From: a virus
Virus record (IMG/VR): IMGVR_UViG_3300032401_000002
Coordinates: 1 to 64,000 of that record
Length of the DNA stretch: 64,000 nt
Direction: 5' to 3' (one strand)
Shown: positions 51,578-57,079 of the stretch, piece after piece
Numbering within the stretch: the first letter of the stretch is position 1
How the letters are laid out: each line of letters starts with the position of its first letter
Notes under the pieces: model-generated
What the model was told of the DNA's origin: nothing
Seen by the model: the letters and a program-made list of their open reading frames with translations, nothing else
The model's database searches: none
Position numbers and translations under genes: made by a program

Positions 51578-51662
51578 CTGCAACAAGATTGCCACGCCCC
51601 TATGCCGGGGCCAATCTAGGCGGGTATTGCGCCCGTGTGTCCAGGTGAAAGCCCTGGCTTAT

Positions 51663-51737
51663 GCCCCTCTAGCCCAACTGGCCAGAGGCAACGGCTTTAA
51701 AGACCGTTCAGTGAAGGTTCGAATCCTTCGGGGGGCA
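51663..51737 (+). tRNA. tRNA-Leu(TAA), short variable loop
   Basis: Cloverleaf, loop TTTAAAG. Confidence 0.8.
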
Positions 51738-51793
51738 CTGAAGGACACGCACGTCTGCGCGAAGGGGTTGCTCCCGGAGAGCTTAGGGCGTCC

Positions 51794-52083
51794 GTGGTGG
51801 TGTGGCCGAGTAGGACTGGATTCCTCTCCACGAGGGGTACAGTTGCGAAGGCACAACCGGCGAAAGTGACGGGCAACCGGCACGAGTAGTAGCCGCGACA
51901 AGGGTGTTGCGTTCGGCCAGAGCCAATCGGTGAGGTCGGTCTCAGTCAGCACTCGTCTGGGAGTAGTTACCTGGGCAGACGGTGGCGCTTGACAGCGCAG
52001 GGAAGGTACGACCGAAACTGTAGCCATTGACATGGACAAGCAGTGGATAGGTCGTCGGAGGGTTGCTGAATCCCTTCCACCAC
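51794..52083 (+). ncRNA. unassigned large multibranch RNA
   Basis: Closed by GTGGTGG/CCACCAC; many internal stems. Confidence 0.45.
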
Positions 52084-52121
52084 TCCTTCTATCTCTTTCT
52101 CCCCGCACAGTAACTAGCACT

Positions 52122-52301
52122 ATGGCGGGAATCATGATCAGGTGCTCAGGCACGAAGGACGGGGTACATTGTGCCCGGTACACTCGTTTCATTGGAGCGC
52201 CGAATGTTGACTGGACGTGCGAAGGGTGCCTTGCTGGTCGAGCACCATTCGAGCACAAGTCGAAGGTTGTCCAGCAGCAGATGAAGCACAAGAAGAAGTA
52301 G
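52122..52301 (+). CDS. small Cys-rich protein inside the RNA island
   Basis: 59 aa, C..HC..CxxC, Lys-rich tail. Confidence 0.45.
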   Translation: MAGIMIRCSGTKDGVHCARYTRFIGAPNVDWTCEGCLAGRAPFEHKSKVVQQQMKHKKK

Positions 52302-52304
52302 CTT

Positions 52305-52378
52305 ACCTCGCTAGCTCAAACGGATAGAGCAAGGGTCTTTTAAACCCAAGGTTCTGGGATCGTACCCCAGGCGAGGTA
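52305..52378 (+). tRNA. tRNA-Lys(TTT)
   Basis: Cloverleaf, T-loop ATCGTAC. Confidence 0.88.
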
Positions 52379-52380
52379 CT

Positions 52381-52536
52381 CTTGAACGACTATTCGGCTC
52401 CTCTGGACGCTGCGCGGCTTCACCACCGCTCGACTCCATGTGGTTCATGGAGGGTCAAGGTTGTTGACGGTAGGCACGCTCGCGACGTAGCCGAAAGACA
52501 GCTTACCGAAGGGCAAGACCGCACTGGTCGTTCAAG
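52381..52536 (+). ncRNA. long irregular hairpin RNA
   Basis: CTTGAACGAC/GTCGTTCAAG terminal stem with nested stems. Confidence 0.45.
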
Positions 52537-52541
52537 TTATT

Positions 52542-52615
52542 GGATCGCTAGCTCAGTTAGGCAGAGCAGGGGACTCTTAATCCCAAGGTCGTCGGTTCGA
52601 TCCCGACGCGATCCA
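52542..52615 (+). tRNA. tRNA-Lys(CTT)
   Basis: Cloverleaf. Confidence 0.9.
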
Positions 52616-52635
52616 CTGGCCGCAAGGCCGACAGG

Positions 52636-52717
52636 GCCGGAAGGGCGAGGGTTCGAATCCCTCCCGGACAAGGAGCTTCGGCTCACCGTCCGGTAGCTCA
52701 GTGGGAGAGCGTCCGGC
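52636..52717 (+). ncRNA. circularly permuted tRNA-like RNA (YrlA-like topology)
   Basis: Order is T-arm, acceptor 3' strand, UUCG hairpin, acceptor 5' strand, D-arm; closed by GCCGGA/TCCGGC. Confidence 0.8.
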
Positions 52718-52722
52718 GTTAT

Positions 52723-52805
52723 GCTCTGGTGGTGGAATTGGTATACACACTAGCCTTAGAAGCTAGCGCCCACAGGGATTGAGGGTTCGACTCCCTCCTA
52801 GAGCA
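52723..52805 (+). tRNA. tRNA-Leu(TAG)
   Basis: Cloverleaf with long variable arm. Confidence 0.9.
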
Positions 52806-52857
52806 CTAGGTAGACGTACCGAGACCCAGCGGATGGGTCAACCTAAAGTCCGCACCC

Positions 52858-52941
52858 GCGCTCGTGATGGAATGGGTAGACATGCTAGGTTGAGAGCCTA
52901 GTGGCCGCGAGGTCGTGCAGGTTCAAGTCCTGCCGTGCGCA
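52858..52941 (+). tRNA. tRNA-Leu(GAG)
   Basis: Cloverleaf with long variable arm. Confidence 0.88.
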
Positions 52942-52942
52942 T

Positions 52943-53012
52943 AGGATGGTAGCCCAACAGAGAGGCAGCCCGACAAGGGAAGAGTTGCCGGAATCGAGTC
53001 CGGCCCATCCGA
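52943..53012 (+). ncRNA. tRNA-like RNA with truncated anticodon arm
   Basis: GGATGG/CCATCC acceptor, D-arm, CCC-GACAA-GGG mini arm, GCCGG/CCGGC T-arm. Confidence 0.55.
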
Positions 53013-53016
53013 CCCT

Positions 53017-53090
53017 GGTACGCTAGCTCAATTGGTAGTAGCGTTCGGTTGAAGCCCGAAAGGTTCTCGGTTCAAGTCCGAGGCGTACCA
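53017..53090 (+). tRNA. tRNA-Phe(GAA)
   Basis: Cloverleaf. Confidence 0.9.
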
Positions 53091-53100
53091 CTGTAGTATT

Positions 53101-53175
53101 GCCCTCTTAGCCCAATCCGGCAGAGGCACCAGCCTCAAACCCTGGTCAGTGGAGGTTCGACTCCTCCAGAGGGCA
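53101..53175 (+). tRNA. tRNA-Leu(CAA), short variable loop
   Basis: Cloverleaf. Confidence 0.82.
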
Positions 53176-53189
53176 TAGTACCACCACAT

Positions 53190-53264
53190 GCGGATCGTAG
53201 CTCAATCGGTCAGAGTCGTGGCTTGTGAAGCCATCGGTTGCGGGTTCGAATCCCGTCGATCCGC
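53190..53264 (+). tRNA. tRNA-His(GTG) with encoded G-1
   Basis: Cloverleaf, G-1:C73. Confidence 0.9.
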
Positions 53265-53271
53265 CTTGTAC

Positions 53272-53344
53272 GTGCGAATGGCTCAGTAGGTAGAGCATCT
53301 GGTTGCCAATCAGAAGGTCGCGGGTTCGAACCCCGCTTCGCACA
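53272..53344 (+). tRNA. tRNA-Gly(GCC)
   Basis: Cloverleaf. Confidence 0.9.
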
Positions 53345-53465
53345 TCGGTAGCTGGTTGGCGAGTCCTTCCCATGCAGCCTGGGCGACCTGAGTCTCGGCC
53401 GAGATGAGGGAACCTTGTGAATCGGGTCGTTGGCCAACTTGTGCAAACCATCCAGGTGCCGTCCT

Positions 53466-53539
53466 GCTCCATAAGCTCAGTCTGGCAGAGCGCTGGTCTT
53501 GTAAATCAGGGGTTGTCGGTTCGATCCCGACATGGAGCT
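53466..53539 (+). tRNA. tRNA-Thr(TGT)
   Basis: Cloverleaf. Confidence 0.9.
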
Positions 53540-53542
53540 TAC

Positions 53543-53615
53543 GACCCGGTAACTCAGTGGACAGAGTCACGGTTTCCTAAACCGTTGGTCACAGGTTCGA
53601 CTCCTGTCCGGGTCA
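53543..53615 (+). tRNA. tRNA-Arg(CCT)
   Basis: Cloverleaf. Confidence 0.9.
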
Positions 53616-53620
53616 TGTTT

Positions 53621-53693
53621 GGCCTGTTAGCTCAGTGGACAGAGCGTGGGGCTTCTATCCCCAGCGTCGGAGGTTCGATCCCTCCACGGGCCA
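53621..53693 (+). tRNA. tRNA-Arg(TCT)
   Basis: Cloverleaf. Confidence 0.9.
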
Positions 53694-53834
53694 CTTTACA
53701 CAAGACGCTCGAAGCGTCCTTGTACTAGATGATGCCCTTCGGGGCCGGGCGGGGCGATCCATTGGCCTGGGAACAGAACGAGGTCGAACACGACGGGTGA
53801 CAGTTGAACGGCGGGACGCCCGGTGCCCGCACAT

Positions 53835-53906
53835 GCGAAGGTAACTCAACGGTAGAGTCTCAGTTTTCCAAACTGGTGGTTGCGGGTTCGATTCCCGTCC
53901 TTCGCT
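53835..53906 (+). tRNA. tRNA-Gly(TCC)
   Basis: Cloverleaf. Confidence 0.9.
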
Positions 53907-53951
53907 CTCGGTGGGTGAGTCCAGGTTCGCCCTGTAAGTAGCCCACCGCTA

Positions 53952-54024
53952 CGCTGTGTAGCTCAGTTGGTAGAGCAATCCCCTCATAAGGGAGAGGTCG
54001 GAGGATCGTAGCCTCCCATAGCGA
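53952..54024 (+). tRNA. tRNA-Met(CAT), elongator or Ile2
   Basis: Cloverleaf, T-loop ATCGTAG. Confidence 0.85.
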
Positions 54025-54130
54025 CTTCGGTCAGTGCTTAGGCACAGGACAACGAACCTCCCAAGACCCGGTACGACTCCACAACATGGGTGGAGCAACG
54101 TTCTGATCAAAAGCCGGGTTGGCCGAACAC

Positions 54131-54201
54131 GCTCCTATAGCTCATGTGGAAGAGTCATCCTTCGTACGGATGTGGTCGCAGTTCGACTCTGCGTGGGAGC
54201 T
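54131..54201 (+). tRNA. tRNA-Thr(CGT)
   Basis: Cloverleaf. Confidence 0.85.
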
Positions 54202-54204
54202 TGC

Positions 54205-54276
<72 letters not shown>

Positions 54277-54385
54277 TGCAACAAGACTCTCCTCGATGCG
54301 TGAGGGGCTGCTCACCAGCCCGCAAAGCGCAAACACGGGAGATAGACCGGGCGAACGGGAGTGAGCTTCGCCTGGTCGAACTTTC

Positions 54386-54458
54386 GGCCTGTTAGCTCAG
54401 CGGACAGAGCGAGTGGCTTCGAACCACTAGGTCGGGGGATCGTACCCCTCACAGGCCA
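54386..54458 (+). tRNA. tRNA-Arg(TCG)
   Basis: Cloverleaf. Confidence 0.9.
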
Positions 54459-54468
54459 TGTAGTACCT

Positions 54469-54540
54469 GGTTTCGTACGAATCTGGTGAAACGGTTCCCC
54501 TGTCACGGGAATGAGGCGGGTTCGATTCCCGTCGAGACCG
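54469..54540 (+). tRNA. tRNA-Asp(GTC), weak D-stem
   Basis: Acceptor GGTTTCG/CGAGACC-G, loop CTGTCAC. Confidence 0.8.
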
Positions 54541-54691
54541 CTATGGGCTGTAGAGTCCTGGGGTGTTGGAGAATCCCCGAAGCTGCGAGGTAGACCAACC
54601 TCCTCGCGGCCTCTAGTCGCGCTCCTTGAAAGCTGGCCCGCAAGGCCGGTGGAAGTATCGGGCAAAACCGACGCGACTCATTCAGGGCCTG

Positions 54692-54763
54692 GGGCGGTTA
54701 GCTCAGTGGGAGAGCAGGTTCTTTACACGTACAAGGTCGGGGGTTCGAATCCCTCACCGCCCA
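54692..54763 (+). tRNA. tRNA-Val(TAC), mismatched anticodon stem
   Basis: Cloverleaf. Confidence 0.8.
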
Positions 54764-54879
54764 TACCAGGATTCAGCGCTAGTGTGCCTGCCTGGGGCCG
54801 AACCACCCGTATGCCGGTGGGGGAATCAGCACCCGAGGGTACTCGGAGTTCAGGTGCGAACCCTGAGCGCTATTGAACG

Positions 54880-54953
54880 TGACCCGTAGCTCAGTGGTAA
54901 GAAGCGGGAGGCTTATATCCTCTTGGTCGTGGGTTCGATTCCCACCGGGTCAA
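54880..54953 (+). tRNA. tRNA-Ile(TAT)
   Basis: Cloverleaf, loop CTTATAT. Confidence 0.85.
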
Positions 54954-54954
54954 T

Positions 54955-55190
54955 CACGAACGGAAAGACAAGCGCGGTCGCAAGATCGAGGAAAGTCAGG
55001 CCACCTGAACCAGGGGAGACCAATGCAACCTGGGGAAACGTGACGAGGACGTGGGAGAAGGTCGCAAGGTCTTCGGCTTACCACCTAATCGGCGGGGTGC
55101 AACCTCAAGCGGACGGTCATCTCAGACCGGACAGGTAGAGGGCACAGATAGATGCTTGTCCTAGACAGAAGCCTGCTTACGAAGTTCGTG
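54955..55190 (+). ncRNA. rnpB: RNase P RNA, miniature
   Basis: GAGGAAAGTC and ACAGAAGCCTGCTTAC (P4), AGATAGATG, P1 CACGAAC/GTTCGTG, P2 GACAAGC/GCTTGTC, P15 with GGU. Confidence 0.88.
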
Positions 55191-55244
55191 TACACATGAG
55201 AGTGGTTTGGCGGTCGTGACCCATACCTCACGCGCTCTCACCTT

Positions 55245-55317
55245 TGGCTCGTAGCTCAGTTGGGAGAGCACTTGATTGACATTCAAGAGGTCGTCGGATC
55301 GAGGCCGACCGAGCCAA
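55245..55317 (+). tRNA. tRNA-Val(GAC)
   Basis: Cloverleaf. Confidence 0.88.
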
Positions 55318-55388
55318 CTTGCCCACCCGTCGCGTTGTAGGGGAGTGGCATAAGCCCCCGTCTGTTGCAACGCCAGCCGGGGGAACTC

Positions 55389-55462
55389 GCGGTTGTAGCT
55401 CAGTGGAATAGAGTATCAGGTTGCGAACCTGAGGGTCGCTGGTTCGAATCCAGCCAATCGCA
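55389..55462 (+). tRNA. tRNA-Arg(GCG)
   Basis: Cloverleaf, TCAGG-TTGCGAA-CCTGA. Confidence 0.9.
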
Positions 55463-55653
55463 CTCAGCACTACAAGTTTGGGGACGGCCCCGTCAGGCCC
55501 CTTCCCAACGCTACCTCTGGCGAGATAGGGGTCGTGTCAACTCGACCACGAAAGTGTCGGGGCGCTGCGAATCACAGAGCGTGTTATCTGTGGTCGTCTG
55601 CCGGGAGACTACCCCGTGTCAAACCAGGTGTAGCTGACGGCTCGCCTGGCCTA

Positions 55654-55727
55654 GGACTTGTAGCTCAGTGGTATAGAGCATCCGTCTGATACGCGGAGGG
55701 TCGGTGGTTCGACTCCACCCAAGTCCA
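55654..55727 (+). tRNA. tRNA-Ile(GAT)
   Basis: Cloverleaf. Confidence 0.92.
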
Positions 55728-55849
55728 TGAGAAGTAGCTCAGATGCCATCTCGCATGTGTCTCCCGGCCAGAGCCGGATAGGGTGCATGCGGGGCAGAGC
55801 GGGCCGATGATCACGGTCGCGACGAGGGGCTGGCAATCCTCCTTCTCTA
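55728..55849 (+). ncRNA. tRNA-like RNA with ~45-nt hairpin inserted in the D-loop
   Basis: GAGAAG/CTTCTC acceptor, GCTC/GAGC D-stem, GGCCG-ATGATCA-CGGTC arm, non-canonical T-loop. Confidence 0.65.
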
Positions 55850-55852
55850 CAT

Positions 55853-55923
55853 AGTGATGTGACCGAGAGGCCAGGTCGTTGGCTGCAACCCTTCGCACAG
55901 CGGTTCGAATCCGCTCATCACTT
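55853..55923 (+). tRNA. tRNA-Cys(GCA)
   Basis: Cloverleaf, U73, U:U mismatches in the anticodon stem. Confidence 0.82.
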
Positions 55924-55927
55924 CTTC

Positions 55928-56001
55928 GGGCGGCTAGCTCAATTTGGGAGAGCAACGCGCTTGCACCGCGTAGGTTGGGGGTTCAAGTCCCCCGCTGTCC
56001 A
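55928..56001 (+). tRNA. tRNA-Ala(TGC)
   Basis: Cloverleaf, G3:U70. Confidence 0.9.
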
Positions 56002-56003
56002 CT

Positions 56004-56103
56004 ACCGAAAGAACGGGTTCGAATCCCGGCCGCGCGACCCAAGCTAGAGGGGTATACACCAAAGGCGAAGGTCTGATCAGTAGTGTAAGGGCAGCACGTC
56101 GGT
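56004..56103 (+). ncRNA. second permuted tRNA-like element
   Basis: ACCGA...T-arm...insert...D-arm TAGTGTAAGGGCAGCACG...TCGGT. Confidence 0.55.
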
Positions 56104-56110
56104 TTAACTT

Positions 56111-56186
56111 GGGTTGTGGGGCTGCATGGGGTGGCCATCTCGCTTGCACCGAGAACAACAGCAGGGTTCGATTCCCTGACGATCCA
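56111..56186 (+). tRNA. tRNA-Ala(TGC), second atypical copy
   Basis: G3:U70, TCTCG-CTTGCAC-CGAGA. Confidence 0.78.
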
Positions 56187-56278
56187 CTAGGAAGCAGAAG
56201 CACGCAGATGACTCGTAGGTGTTCTAGAAACCAGGGCCGTAACGCAACCGTGCCCCATCAGCGCTGCATCCTACTCGT

Positions 56279-56362
56279 GGTAGGTTACTCAAGTGGTTAC
56301 GAGAGCGGGTTGCTAACCCGTCAAGTCGCAAGGCTTCCTGGGTTCGAATCCCAGACCTACCG
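56279..56362 (+). tRNA. tRNA-Ser(GCT)
   Basis: Cloverleaf, long variable arm. Confidence 0.9.
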
Positions 56363-56367
56363 TACCA

Positions 56368-56451
56368 GGAAGGTCGCATTGGCGTGCTTATGCGGTTTGA
56401 ACCCGTTGATGGGGCTAATCCCCCGTGGGAGTTCGACTCTCCCACCTTCCT
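56368..56451 (+). tRNA. tRNA-Ser(TGA), atypical D-arm
   Basis: GGAAGGT/ACCTTCC acceptor, long variable arm. Confidence 0.75.
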
Positions 56452-56455
56452 CTTT

Positions 56456-56536
56456 GCTGGCGCTTGCTCAATGGTGAGGGCTACTGGCTGTAACCCAGAA
56501 GACACGTCTATGGGGGTTCGACTCCTCCCGCCAGCA
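56456..56536 (+). tRNA. tRNA-Tyr(GTA)
   Basis: Cloverleaf. Confidence 0.85.
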
Positions 56537-56542
56537 CTCCGC

Positions 56543-56578
56543 GACACCCCTGCATCCTTCGGGATGTGGGGGTGTTTC
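56543..56578 (+). terminator. terminator-like hairpin ending the RNA island
   Basis: GACACCCCTGCATCC-TTCG-GGATGTGGGGGTGTTT. Confidence 0.7.
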
Positions 56579-56614
56579 ACGTTGCCTTGTTGTTGGTCTG
56601 CTACAATACGAGAG

Positions 56615-56853
56615 TGAGCACAGTTCACCCCCACGCTAAGCGTTCGCTCGTGGCTCGTCCTCATGCGGTTGCCGGGCACGAGCACACCCACGTAGACGAG
56701 CGAGGCTTCGTCGTCAAGTGCTACCACACTTGCCGAGGCGTTCTTACGTCGTGGCAGTTCTGGCTAGGCACGTTCCTGGCCTTCCCGCTAGAGCACGCCA
56801 TTTGGGAGAAGCTCTGGCCCTTCAATCTTCTAACGCAGTGGATGGGACTCTAG
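56615..56853 (+). CDS. small membrane protein (start approximate)
   Basis: GTG after TGcTACAAT; hydrophobic C-terminal half. Confidence 0.5.
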
Positions 56854-57042
56854 ATGGCCAGCACGACCAAGATCGATTTCCCCGGCTACCCTCGTCATGA
56901 TGACGGTGGCGGAACGTGGCAAGGTCGCAAGCCGAAAGGCGAGAAGTGTCACAACTCCTTCGCAGCCTTCGTGGCCAAGGTGAAGGTCTTCAAGGAGGGC
57001 AAAGCCCACCTGGAGCGTCACCACAACGGATACGGCCTGTAG
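56854..57042 (+). CDS. hypothetical protein
   Basis: ORF abutting the previous gene. Confidence 0.5.
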   Translation: MASTTKIDFPGYPRHDDGGGTWQGRKPKGEKCHNSFAAFVAKVKVFKEGKAHLERHHNGYGL

Positions 57043-57044
57043 GG

Positions 57045-57076
57045 TTGACAAACCCTCTCGAAGCGTGTACTCTTAG
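57045..57076 (+). promoter_or_regulatory. sigma70-type phage promoter (leaderless)
   Basis: TTGACA-N17-TACTCT-TAG-tac-ATG. Confidence 0.8.
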
Positions 57077-57079
57077 TAC

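Noticed and set aside
56368-56451. Selenocysteine or suppressor tRNA
   Set aside because: The anticodon reads TGA (Ser), not TCA, and the acceptor is 7 bp. No CTA/TTA/TCA suppressor was found, and genes read through in the standard code
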